Part shown: positions 53,119 through 62,107 of the stretch, piece after piece
Layout: every line of letters begins with the position of its first letter
Numbering within the stretch: position 1 is the stretch's first letter
NCBI GenBank assembly: GCA_045863335.1
Contig: BTVY01000043.1
Span: 1-64,000, forward strand
Direction of reading: 5' to 3'
DNA length: 64,000 bases
Origin: Candidatus Hydrogenedentota bacterium
Lineage (GTDB): Bacteria > Hydrogenedentota > Hydrogenedentia > Hydrogenedentales > SLHB01
The notes under the pieces: generated by a model
The model's database searches: none
Told to the model about the DNA's origin: nothing
What the model saw: only the letters and a program-made list of their open reading frames with translations
Translations under genes and position numbers: made by a program

Positions 53119-53216
53119 TTCCCGCCGCTTTTTGAATGCAGGATCGATATTCGCGAACGTGGCGGACGGGAACCGGGGGATGAAGAAGGCGGGAACCGAT
53201 CCCGCCCTACCTCAGT

Positions 53217-53342
53217 TTACTTGACGGCGCTGGGCTGGTTCTTCTTTTTTTCGTTCTTCAGTTTGCGCTTTTCCTTCGGCGTATGCTGCGCCTTCTTTTG
53301 TTGCTCTCGTTTGCCTTTGTCTTTCTTTCCCGTGTCACCCAT
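53217..53342 (-). CDS. Small Lys-rich protein (41 aa)
   Basis: MGDTGKKDKGKREQQKKAQHTPKEKRKLKNEKKKNQPSAVK*; GAGGAG RBS; downstream hairpin; below the ORF-track cutoff. Confidence 0.7.
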   Translation of the reverse strand: MGDTGKKDKGKREQQKKAQHTPKEKRKLKNEKKKNQPSAVK

Positions 53343-53563
53343 GCCGATTTCTCCTCAGTTGACTATGGCTTGTTCTTCTTCACCCGATACCGAACTTCAC
53401 CCGGCGGCGGGGGACTGGTCAAATTCTAACGTGCTCCGCCGAACTTTCGCAATGGAGGACGGCGTGTCATGCTCCGCAAGGGTCAGGATAGTTTTGCCGC
53501 GCGGGGCTTGACCTGTGCACACGGGCCGCGGATACTATGATCGACCAAAAACTACGAGGCAAT

Positions 53564-54118
53564 ATGGGCAGGCGAACTGGATACCTTCAGGCAATTGTAT
53601 GCATCGTCATCTTGAGCGTGGCGCTGACGCCGGCCGTTCACGCGCAGAAATCCGGCTGTGGCTGCGCTGCGATTCCCACCCGCGAAAACGCCAAGATTCC
53701 GAAGGCGGTCCGGACCTATCTTGCCGCGAACCTGCCCGGGTACGAAGCGGTGGGCGAGGGCGACTACGACGAGGCATGGTTGGAGAACCCCGATGTCCAT
53801 TGGGCGTTGGCGGCAGATTTTGATGGCAACAGAAGACTCGACTACGCCCTCTTGATGAAGAACCAAGATACGATTGCCCTGGTCGTCGTGTTGCGCCAGA
53901 ATTCCGGATATGCGCACACGATTCTGGAGAAAGACCTTTGCGACGTTCCCGTCATCGCCACGCTGGGCATTCAGCAGAAGGGGCACACCAATCTTGCCGA
54001 GCCCGACGCGCCCGCCAACATGAAATACTTCTGGAATCCAGCCATCCGCCTGGGGATCCTGGAACCCTCCATCGAACTGCATTGGTACTGGGAAGAAGGC
54101 GAGTGGCACACCGTGTAA
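53564..54118 (+). CDS. Hypothetical secreted protein
   Basis: Signal peptide (VHA|Q); DFDGNRRLDYA FG-GAP-like Ca-binding motif; start may be 53537. Confidence 0.7.
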   Translation: MGRRTGYLQAIVCIVILSVALTPAVHAQKSGCGCAAIPTRENAKIPKAVRTYLAANLPGYEAVGEGDYDEAWLENPDVHWALAADFDGNRRLDYALLMKNQDTIALVVVLRQNSGYAHTILEKDLCDVPVIATLGIQQKGHTNLAEPDAPANMKYFWNPAIRLGILEPSIELHWYWEEGEWHTV

Positions 54119-54242
54119 CCCTGTTTCTGCTGGTCGGAACTGGCCCCACCACGGATTTCAAAATCTTGGCGTTGATGCGCTAGTATGGTTCATGGCGTCA
54201 GGGATATTGGCCCTTACGCGACCGAGGAGGAGACACGCGGCT

Positions 54243-55073
54243 ATGTTTAGAGCGATTGGCAGATGGTTTCGGGCGGTTGGTTACCTGTTGACCGGGCAGA
54301 TCGATTCGGCCCGGCGCACGCTCGATACGAACCCCCAGGTCGTGCGGGCGAAGTTTGACGATATCGTCCGAGAGAAGACTCGGAGCATCCACACGTACAA
54401 GCAGGCGCTTTCCAGCCTCATTGCGCAACGGGAAATGAAGATGGGCAAAATCTCCACGTTGACCGACGAGGTCGAACGATTGGAGCGTTTGAAGGCGGGC
54501 GCGCTGGCCAAAGCCAAGCAGACCGTCGAGAAGATGCAGGCCGACGGGAAGCCCATGGAAGAGATCAAGACGAACGAGGACTACCTGAAGTGCCTGTCCG
54601 CGTACAACGATTTCTCGTCAACGCTGGAAGAGAAGCAGGCGCGGATTGCGGAACTCGAAGGGGATATCGAGGAGTATGGCAAGCGCGTATCCGAGCATAA
54701 GCTCCAGTTGCAGGAGTTGCTTCGCGAAGTGGACAAGCTCAAGTCCGAAGCGGCGGATACCATTGCCGACCTGATCACCGCGAACGAGGAAAAGGAGATC
54801 GCCGAAACCATCGCGGGGATCGCGAAGGATGGCACCGCTGAAGAACTGCAACGGCTCCGCCAGCTTCGTCAGGAGGTGAAGGCGGAGGCGAAGGTGACCA
54901 AGGAATTGGCGGGTACAAACACGAAGTCGCAGGAAGCCGAATTCCTTGAGTACGCGCGGAAGACGTCGGCGTCGACTGAGTTCGACCAGTTGATCGGGCT
55001 GGCCCAGTCCACCGAAACGGCCGCTGCGACCAAAGTGCAGGAAGGGCCGGATAAGACGGCGTTGCCGGAATAG
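54243..55073 (+). CDS. PspA/IM30-like (ESCRT-III superfamily) coiled-coil protein
   Basis: Amphipathic N-terminal helix, conserved-position Pro (NPQ), long heptad hairpin, AEAKVTKELA..EAEF..EFDQL tail; GAGGAGG RBS. Confidence 0.7.
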   Translation: MFRAIGRWFRAVGYLLTGQIDSARRTLDTNPQVVRAKFDDIVREKTRSIHTYKQALSSLIAQREMKMGKISTLTDEVERLERLKAGALAKAKQTVEKMQADGKPMEEIKTNEDYLKCLSAYNDFSSTLEEKQARIAELEGDIEEYGKRVSEHKLQLQELLREVDKLKSEAADTIADLITANEEKEIAETIAGIAKDGTAEELQRLRQLRQEVKAEAKVTKELAGTNTKSQEAEFLEYARKTSASTEFDQLIGLAQSTETAAATKVQEGPDKTALPE

Positions 55074-55088
55074 CCGGTTGTACCTGCG

Positions 55089-56912
55089 TTGAAAGCTCCA
55101 GACTACACCTTTCTCAGGGCCGCGGGCCGTATCCTGAACTCCGGCCAGTCGCGGAGCGTGTTGCTCACGGGCAACATTCAAGATTTGTTCTGTCTCGCCC
55201 GTCCCGATGGCACGCAGGATTATGTGACGCTCCTCGACTTTCTCACCGCCCACTGGAACGTGGACGATGTCGTACTCATTGTGTACGAACTCAACGGTCC
55301 CATCCGATTCGCGCGGCAGACCGATGCGGACCGCGTTCGCGATGCGTGGCTGAAATGGCGGTCCGGACTCGATGCAAACCAGATCGCCATCGAGCGCATG
55401 TTATCGGGTTCGAAGGTCGCCATCGAGCACGAGGCGATTAAGGCATCGTACGACGCCAATTTTAAGTCAGCCGTGGGCAATCCAACCGTGGCGCTCGAAC
55501 TGTTGCGCCAGATGTGCCTTTGCTCGCGGACCGAGCAGAACGGCCAACCCCTTCTCAAGCAGAATCTCCTCGTCATTATCGAGGCGGCGGACATGATCAT
55601 GCCGGAAGGCGAGATCACGCGGCTTTCCGATGTGGACCGCCATCGCGTAAGCATCTGCCACGACTGGTTCAGCGACCCGGGTTTCATGAACGGCAAGGAC
55701 AGTGTCGTGTTGCTGGCCGAGTCGCGGTCGCTGATCAACCATCGGGTGGCGCGCTTGCCGCAGATGCTGGAAGTACCGGTGCCCGCGCCGGACGAAGCCG
55801 TGCGGCGCCATTGTATCGGGTGGTATCTGGAAACGCGCAAGCAGGCGGGGCCCGTCCAACTCTGGAGCGATGCGGACGAACTGGCACGGTTCACCGCGGG
55901 GTTGTCCATCCATGCCCTGGTCCAGTTGCTCAAAGGCGCGCAACACGAGAACGCTCCACTGACGCGGGCGCAGGTCGTATCAAAGGTGGAGGAGTACATC
56001 CAGAGCCAGTTGGGCGAGGACATTGTCGAGTTCAAGAAACCGGAGCATACGCTGGAGGATGTTGTAGGGTTTTCGGCCTTAAAGAAATTCCTCGGCGAGG
56101 AACTGCTGCCGCGGTTCCGCTCGGAGGGGAAGGATGCGTTGTCCGGCGCGGCGGTGGCGGGGCCCATCGGCGGCGGCAAGACCTTTATCTTCGAGGCCGT
56201 CGCGGCGGAACTCGACATGGTCGTGCTGGTGTTGAAGAACATCCGCAGCCAGTGGTTTGGCCAGACCGATGTGATTTTTGAGCGGCTGCGCCGCGTGCTG
56301 GATGCACTATCGAAAGTGCTCATCTTCGTGGACGAGGCCGACACACAGTTCGGCTCGATCGGTCCCCAGGCTCACGATACCGAACGGCGCTTGACCGGGA
56401 AAATCCAGGCCATGATGTCCGACCCGCGTTTGCGGGGCCGCGTGATCTGGCTGCTCATGACTGCGCGCATCCATCTGTTGTCGCCGGACATTCGCAGGCC
56501 GGGGCGCGTCGGCGATCTCATCATCCCCGTGCTCGATCCGGAAGGCGACGATCGCAAGGCGTTCCTTGAATGGTTGGTTGAGAAGAGTCTCGATGGCGAA
56601 CTCAGCGAGGAACGTTTTGTCGCGTTGGATACCGTGACGAAGGGATACTCCGCTGCTGCGTTCGCATCGCTGCGCGCCGAACTTCGCGCGAAGTCCGCGG
56701 CCGCGGGCAAGGCGCTCAGCTTCGAGCAAGTGCTCGAAATCATCCACGACCACCTACCGCCGGCGATCCAGGACACCCGCCGCTACCAGACGCTCCAGGC
56801 CCTCATCAACTGCACCCGCCGCAGTCTGCTCCCCGACCCGAAAGTGGACGAGGAAGAACGCAAAGCGTGGTCGGAAGAACTGCGGAAGCTGGAGTTGAAG
56901 GGGGTGGGGTGA
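55089..56912 (+). CDS. AAA+ ATPase with degenerate N-terminal and intact C-terminal AAA module (Ycf46/Cdc48/Vps4-like classic AAA)
   Basis: Walker A GPIGGGKT, pore loop SQWFGQ, Walker B IFVDE, RRPGR Arg-finger region; TTG start 15 bp after the upstream stop. Confidence 0.88.
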   Translation: MKAPDYTFLRAAGRILNSGQSRSVLLTGNIQDLFCLARPDGTQDYVTLLDFLTAHWNVDDVVLIVYELNGPIRFARQTDADRVRDAWLKWRSGLDANQIAIERMLSGSKVAIEHEAIKASYDANFKSAVGNPTVALELLRQMCLCSRTEQNGQPLLKQNLLVIIEAADMIMPEGEITRLSDVDRHRVSICHDWFSDPGFMNGKDSVVLLAESRSLINHRVARLPQMLEVPVPAPDEAVRRHCIGWYLETRKQAGPVQLWSDADELARFTAGLSIHALVQLLKGAQHENAPLTRAQVVSKVEEYIQSQLGEDIVEFKKPEHTLEDVVGFSALKKFLGEELLPRFRSEGKDALSGAAVAGPIGGGKTFIFEAVAAELDMVVLVLKNIRSQWFGQTDVIFERLRRVLDALSKVLIFVDEADTQFGSIGPQAHDTERRLTGKIQAMMSDPRLRGRVIWLLMTARIHLLSPDIRRPGRVGDLIIPVLDPEGDDRKAFLEWLVEKSLDGELSEERFVALDTVTKGYSAAAFASLRAELRAKSAAAGKALSFEQVLEIIHDHLPPAIQDTRRYQTLQALINCTRRSLLPDPKVDEEERKAWSEELRKLELKGVG

Positions 56913-56942
56913 CCCGAAGTTTCGGCAGAACTTCTGCGGCGA

Positions 56943-57182
56943 CTACCAGGGTCGGAGCTTGAGCATTGACCACTGCATCCGGCTTAGAACTGGATCAAGT
57001 CGTCCCGGATCATCGTCAGAGTATACGCGATTCAATGATTTCGTGATGGCATCCTCATCCGGTTGCTTGAGATAGGCCTCCAGCGCTCGTTGAAAGAATT
57101 GATTTCGAGAAACGCCGAGTTTTTCGGCCTCGCGTTCTGCCGCTTCGTGCAGCTCGTCAGGGATGGAGACTCGGATCTGCAT
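56943..57182 (-). CDS. Ribbon-helix-helix (CopG) antitoxin-like protein, ChpI/MazE-like
   Basis: VSIPDEL..GVSRNQFFQRAL..ITKSLNRVY. Confidence 0.8.
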   Translation of the reverse strand: MQIRVSIPDELHEAAEREAEKLGVSRNQFFQRALEAYLKQPDEDAITKSLNRVYSDDDPGRLDPVLSRMQWSMLKLRPW

Positions 57183-57200
57183 GATATAGGCTCTATAAAG

Positions 57201-57476
57201 TTACCTTCGGTCTGGAGTTGAGTGGCTTTGCTGAGAAGGCACGAGCAGACGTTCATGCAGGAATTCCGGCGCGAAATCTGCACCGTTCTCCCAAACGATT
57301 GTTTCAAGTTCCGGATCAAGCTTGAATGACTTGAATCTGGTCTTGTCTTTCAATGGTGCGAACATCTCTCCAAAGAGTTGATCCGAGAGATCGACGTACC
57401 CTTCGGCTCCGTCGTTGAATTTCAGATAGATGACGTAGTCGCGCTCGTGTCGCGCCTCGACGATGTGAAGTATCAT
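57201..57476 (-). CDS. DUF2442 domain protein
   Basis: LKFNDG, GEMFAPLKD, TIVWENGADFAPEFL. Confidence 0.88.
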   Translation of the reverse strand: MILHIVEARHERDYVIYLKFNDGAEGYVDLSDQLFGEMFAPLKDKTRFKSFKLDPELETIVWENGADFAPEFLHERLLVPSQQSHSTPDRR

Positions 57477-57480
57477 TTGC

Positions 57481-57594
57481 CTACTCCAATGGGGCGATGT
57501 ATGCCAGCGGCAATCGTTGCCGGGCGCGATTCCAATTTTCCATGAGCTCGTCCAGGTGTTCAGAGCGCCACTCTTCAATCACAAAAAAAGCCAT
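57481..57594 (-). pseudogene. 5'-truncated DUF4160 gene fragment
   Basis: MAFFVIEEWRSEHLDELMENWNRARQRLPLAYIAPLE* directly upstream of DUF2442; in-frame stop immediately 5'. Confidence 0.7.
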
Positions 57595-57638
57595 CTATCA
57601 AGGCATTTCTCGAATTGCCTAGGCGCGGATCTATCGCG

Positions 57639-57950
57639 CTATTCCTTACGTATGATTACAGATGTATTTAACATGCACGCATAATTTGACCACCAGCCTT
57701 CACGGGAAATCGTCAGCCCAAGATGAATGTAACCTTGTTCTCTCTCTAGAGGGATGACTTCGATATCGAAAATCGATCCCAAAACTTCAACAGGGAAAGT
57801 ATCGGTCTCTTGAATTTTGGATGCGTCGGCGAATGATAGTCGGGCGAAGTGCTGCCGGGCCAAAACCAAAGCTCTCAGCCGCAGCCGATCACGTCTGGAA
57901 TACTTGGCAAGGCCACTGCGTTTCACTTGCTCAAACCTCGCCAAAGACAT
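57639..57950 (-). CDS. Hypothetical protein (AT-richer than flanks)
   Basis: 103-aa ORF; no motif recognised. Confidence 0.45.
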   Translation of the reverse strand: MSLARFEQVKRSGLAKYSRRDRLRLRALVLARQHFARLSFADASKIQETDTFPVEVLGSIFDIEVIPLEREQGYIHLGLTISREGWWSNYACMLNTSVIIRKE

Positions 57951-58249
57951 TGTCGTTGTCGGGATAGGTAAGCGCCAAGCCACCCTAAAGGCGGTAGTCT
58001 GCAGCCCTCCCAAGAGAGCGGAGGGCTCGTTGTCCGATTGACGGAATTGAAATCCGGTCCAAAGAAACGGCTGACGACTGGCATGAGTTGGATTCTAACG
58101 AAGCGAGTATATCCCGTCAATTTACTCTGCCGATCCATATCTCGAATGTTCCGGTCTTGCGACGATTCCTGTAATTACGTTGTCGCTACAATCGCGCGAT
58201 GAACGCGTGATGCGAGTCGCTCGGCTACCGTCGTAGCGGGTCGTTTGCG

Positions 58250-58459
58250 CTAGCGCCAACGCGGATTAGGGGCTGCGCCACCATCATGCGGGGCTGCCTT
58301 TTTCGCGAGGCGCTGCAGAGTTGGGTCCGAATATTCGTGCCTTCGGAGCCACTCGGTCAACTCGTCATATGTCAAGTCCGCGATCTCCTCGCTGAGCCGG
58401 TCCCGGATCTGGCGCATGGAGGCTACGCAGTCGAACGATTTGGACTTGGCGTTACTCAT
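58250..58459 (-). CDS. Small antitoxin-like hypothetical protein
   Basis: KSFDCVASMRQIRDRLSEEI resembles small proteins that follow PIN-domain genes (recalled, unverified); GAGGT RBS. Confidence 0.55.
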   Translation of the reverse strand: MSNAKSKSFDCVASMRQIRDRLSEEIADLTYDELTEWLRRHEYSDPTLQRLAKKAAPHDGGAAPNPRWR

Positions 58460-58606
58460 CTTCGGAAACCTCGCATCAGTAATCGATCGCGCAACGCAAC
58501 GCAACGAGACTGCTTAGCGCGGCATGTGCCGCGCGCTGTCCCATTGCTTCTGCTTGTATTATACTTCATTGGCTATCATGAATAGCATTTAACGCAGGAG
58601 GAGAAG

Positions 58607-59992
58607 ATGCCCAAAGACACCGATATCCGCGTTTTGGACGCGGCATTGTACTTTCTGCCCGTGTACACGCGGGTGCCGTTGAAGTTCGGGACGGAGACGG
58701 TCACGTATGTGACTTGTGCGCGGGTGCGGGTCACCGTCGAGGGGGCCGATGGCGCGCGCGCGGATGGTTGGGGGGAGACGCCGCTGAGCGTGCAGTGGGT
58801 GTGGCCGAGTGCATTGTCCTATGACGAGCGGCATGAGGCACTGAAGGCGTTTTGCGTGCGGCTTAAGGAAGCGTGGATCGCGCTGGGCGAGTCGGGTCAT
58901 CCCATGGAGATAGGCCATGCGTTTCAGGAAGGGCCGTTGAAGGGATTAATGGAAGAGGCCAACAAGGGGCGCGACGAACCGATGCCGTGGCTGGCGGCGC
59001 TGGTGTGTTGTTCGGCGTTTGATATTGCCGTGCATGATGCCTACGGCGTGTTGCACGGCGTGCCGACGTATTCGACGTACAACGCCGAATACATGAACCA
59101 GGACTTGTCCGCTTATCTCGAACCGGCGGAAGGCGCGGAGGTGTCCTTCGCGGGCTTGTACCCCGAAGATTTTCTGGTGATGCCGCGCGTGGACACGTTG
59201 CCGGCCTGGCACCTCGTGGGTGGACTGGATCCACTGGATGAATCGGAATTGACCGGTGACGAACCGGACGACGGCTATCCCGTGCTGTTACGCGACTGGA
59301 TTCAGCGGGACGGACTGAACTGCTTGAAAGTAAAACTGCGCGGCAACGATCCGGCGTGGGATCATACCCGGCTGGTGAAGGTGGGGGAGATCGCCATCGA
59401 AAACGGCGTCGAGTGGTTGACAACGGACTTCAATTGCACCGTCACCGATCCCGCATATGTAAATGGCATCCTCGATCAGTTGGTCATCGCGCATCCGCGA
59501 ATTTACGGGATGATTCTCTACGTGGAACAACCGTTTCCGTACGACCTCGAAAGGCATCGAATCGATGTACACAGCGTGTCCGCGCGCAAGCCGCTTTTTA
59601 TGGACGAAAGCGCGCACGACTGGCATCTGGTGCGGCTTGGGCGTTTGTTGGGATGGACCGGCGTGGCGCTCAAGACCTGCAAGACGCAGACGGGCGCGCT
59701 ATTGAGCCTTTGCTGGGCCAAGGCCTACGGCATGACGCTCATGGTGCAGGATCTGACGAACCCCATGCTGGCGCAAGTGCCGCACGTCTTGCTCGCGGCC
59801 CACGCGGGCACGATCATGGGCGTCGAGACGAACGCCATGCAGTTCTACCCGGAAGCCTCCGAGGCGGAGGCGAAGGTACATCCGGGCTTGTATCAGCGCC
59901 GTGACGGACAGGTCGCGCTGGGTACGATCGACGGACCCGGATTCGGGTATCGCGTGGAAGAGATCGAGCGGGAATTGCCGGGCGCAGAATGA
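58607..59992 (+). CDS. Enolase superfamily protein (mandelate racemase/muconate lactonizing enzyme-like)
   Basis: GWGE, LKVK, DFN, EQP, DES motifs; AGGAGG RBS. Confidence 0.85.
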   Translation: MPKDTDIRVLDAALYFLPVYTRVPLKFGTETVTYVTCARVRVTVEGADGARADGWGETPLSVQWVWPSALSYDERHEALKAFCVRLKEAWIALGESGHPMEIGHAFQEGPLKGLMEEANKGRDEPMPWLAALVCCSAFDIAVHDAYGVLHGVPTYSTYNAEYMNQDLSAYLEPAEGAEVSFAGLYPEDFLVMPRVDTLPAWHLVGGLDPLDESELTGDEPDDGYPVLLRDWIQRDGLNCLKVKLRGNDPAWDHTRLVKVGEIAIENGVEWLTTDFNCTVTDPAYVNGILDQLVIAHPRIYGMILYVEQPFPYDLERHRIDVHSVSARKPLFMDESAHDWHLVRLGRLLGWTGVALKTCKTQTGALLSLCWAKAYGMTLMVQDLTNPMLAQVPHVLLAAHAGTIMGVETNAMQFYPEASEAEAKVHPGLYQRRDGQVALGTIDGPGFGYRVEEIERELPGAE

Positions 59993-60003
59993 ATCCGTAA
60001 CGG

Positions 60004-60246
60004 TTACTCGCTCTGCGCCTGGTCTGAATCCGCCAGTAATTCTTCGACAGTCAGCCCAATGTCTTTGGCGATTTGGCGCAGGATGATGGGAGAAATGTCG
60101 CGGCCGGCGTGAACAGGTACTGTTGTGGCTCTCCCGTCCGTGTGACGGAATTGCTTGTGAGACCCGCGCTGACGGACTTTTGCAAAACCCTTTCTTTGCA
60201 GGAGACGGATGACCTCACGCGGTTTGAGGATGGGAATTCGCGGCAA
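60004..60246 (-). CDS. hicA: HicA family toxin (mRNA interferase)
   Basis: GF..VRQRGSHKQF..TTVPVH; TTG start just after hicB stop. Confidence 0.9.
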   Translation of the reverse strand: MPRIPILKPREVIRLLQRKGFAKVRQRGSHKQFRHTDGRATTVPVHAGRDISPIILRQIAKDIGLTVEELLADSDQAQSE

Positions 60247-60247
60247 G

Positions 60248-60457
60248 TCAGTGTACCGTGATCGTTTGGATTCCGACAAACTGCGTTTGCAGCTTGGGCT
60301 CTCCTTTCTCAGTAAGCATGGACAACACTTCCTCAAGATTGCCGCGCAACTCGTCCAAGGTTTCAGCCTGACTGTGAGCACCCGGGAAGCCAGGCACGTG
60401 CCCGACATACAGACCGGTGTCGGCACAAACCTCGATGACTGCTGTATACGTCTTCAT
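60248..60457 (-). CDS. hicB: HicB family antitoxin (short, no DNA-binding domain)
   Basis: YTAVIE..YVGHVPGFPGAHSQAETLDEL. Confidence 0.9.
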   Translation of the reverse strand: MKTYTAVIEVCADTGLYVGHVPGFPGAHSQAETLDELRGNLEEVLSMLTEKGEPKLQTQFVGIQTITVH

Positions 60458-60618
60458 CTACAATGACTCCAAAGAGAACGTCTGTCGTTTCTTGGCGCTA
60501 TTATACCACGAGCGGTCGGAGCAGTCCGCACACAGAAGTGGCTACTAAGTACGGGTACAGCGGAAGGCATACGTCTGCATCTTCGTAAGCACAGAGGAAT
60601 TCGGGAAGGAACTTGGTC

Positions 60619-61065
60619 ATGGATGCATTTTTCGCGGCAGCGGTTGAGGAGGCGCGGAAGGGGCTTGCCGAGGGCGGCATTCCCATCGGATCGGTAATCG
60701 TCCACAACGGACAGATTATCGGCCGGGGTCACAATCGCCGCCACCAGCGGGGGAGCGCGATTCTCCACGGCGAGATGGATGCGTTGGAGAATGCGGGCCG
60801 TCAACCGGCGCGGGTTTACCGGGAAAGCGTGCTCTACACGACCCTCTCGCCGTGCAGCATGTGCACCGGCGCGATTCTGCTGTACAAGATCCCGAAGGTT
60901 GTCGTCGGTGAGGAGACCACGTTTCAGGGCGAGACGGAACTGCTCCGCTCCCGTGGAGTGGAAGTCGATATTCTCAACGACGCCGAGTGCATTGGCCTGA
61001 TGCAGGAGTTCCAGCGGCGATACCCGGAACTCTGGGCTGAGGATATCGGAGAAACCACGACCTGA
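60619..61065 (+). CDS. Zn-dependent nucleoside/cytosine deaminase (FCY1-like)
   Basis: HGE and PCSMC motifs, WAEDIGE terminus. Confidence 0.92.
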   Translation: MDAFFAAAVEEARKGLAEGGIPIGSVIVHNGQIIGRGHNRRHQRGSAILHGEMDALENAGRQPARVYRESVLYTTLSPCSMCTGAILLYKIPKVVVGEETTFQGETELLRSRGVEVDILNDAECIGLMQEFQRRYPELWAEDIGETTT

Positions 61066-61162
61066 CATTTCTTGATATCGGGCGAGGGATCTACGTACCC
61101 TTGGGGGGAATTCGCACTGTTCGTGATTGGCAGTGAGTACTGGTGGATCCAAGGAGTGCAGT

Positions 61163-62044
61163 ATGAGCAACGTTTCGCGCCGGGATTTTCTGATGACTTC
61201 CAGTATCGCCGTGGGGGCTGCGGCGCTTTCTTCGTCGCTTGCGCAGGGGCAGGATGCTGCCTATCCACCGTTCAAGAAGGCCATCATCACGGGGATGCTG
61301 CCGAAGGAGCTTTCGGACCCCGACAAGTTTGCATTGGCGAAGGACTGCGGGTTTGACGGTCTGGAGTCCGGTCCCATTGCAGATTTGGCTCAGGCCGAAG
61401 TGCTCGGCCAGCAGGCGCGTGACGCGGGCGTGCCGATTCACTCCATCATTTACGGCGGGTGGGGCGCGCCCTTGTCCGATCCCGATCCCGCGATCCAGGA
61501 GAAGGGTCGGGCCGAAGTGGAGCACGCGCTGCACTGTGCGAAGGTCATGGGCGCGGACAATGTGCTGTTGGTACCGGCGGTGGTGAAGGCCAACGTACGT
61601 TACATCGAAGCCTGGGAGCGGTCGCAGAAACATATTCGTTCGCTGATTCCGGTTGCGGAAGAGTTGGGGGTTTTGATCACCGTCGAAGACGTGTGGAACG
61701 ACTTTCTGCTGAGTCCGCTGGAATTCGCGCGTTACGTGGACGAGTTCGACAGCCCCTTCGTGCAGGCCTATTTCGATGTGGGGAACATCGTGGCTTTCGG
61801 CTATCCGCAGGACTGGATTCGCACGTTAGGTCCGCGGATCAAGAAAGTGCACTTCAAGGACTTCAAACGCGACACGCGCGAATGGACGAATCTGATGGAA
61901 GGCAGCATCGATTGGCCGGAAGTGCGCAAGGCGTTTTCCGAAATTGGGTATGAAGGGTTTGTGACGGCCGAGTTGAGCGGTGGCGACGAGGCCTATCTGC
62001 GCGACTTGTCCGAGCGCATGTCCAAGATTGCCGCGGGAGGCTGA
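61163..62044 (+). CDS. Tat-exported sugar phosphate isomerase/epimerase (xylose-isomerase-like TIM barrel)
   Basis: SRRDFL, EDVWN, FDVGN, HFKD, TAE. Confidence 0.9.
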   Translation: MSNVSRRDFLMTSSIAVGAAALSSSLAQGQDAAYPPFKKAIITGMLPKELSDPDKFALAKDCGFDGLESGPIADLAQAEVLGQQARDAGVPIHSIIYGGWGAPLSDPDPAIQEKGRAEVEHALHCAKVMGADNVLLVPAVVKANVRYIEAWERSQKHIRSLIPVAEELGVLITVEDVWNDFLLSPLEFARYVDEFDSPFVQAYFDVGNIVAFGYPQDWIRTLGPRIKKVHFKDFKRDTREWTNLMEGSIDWPEVRKAFSEIGYEGFVTAELSGGDEAYLRDLSERMSKIAAGG

Positions 62045-62107
62045 AATTCGGTCCCGCCTCTCCGGCGTTACATAGACAAGGTGGAATAGCTGCAAGGAGT
62101 TGGAGTC

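Noticed and set aside
57950-58310. Integron attC sites around the small ORFs
   Set aside because: Hairpins exist but no clean RYYYAAC...GTTRRRY pair and no integrase; IntegronFinder would decide
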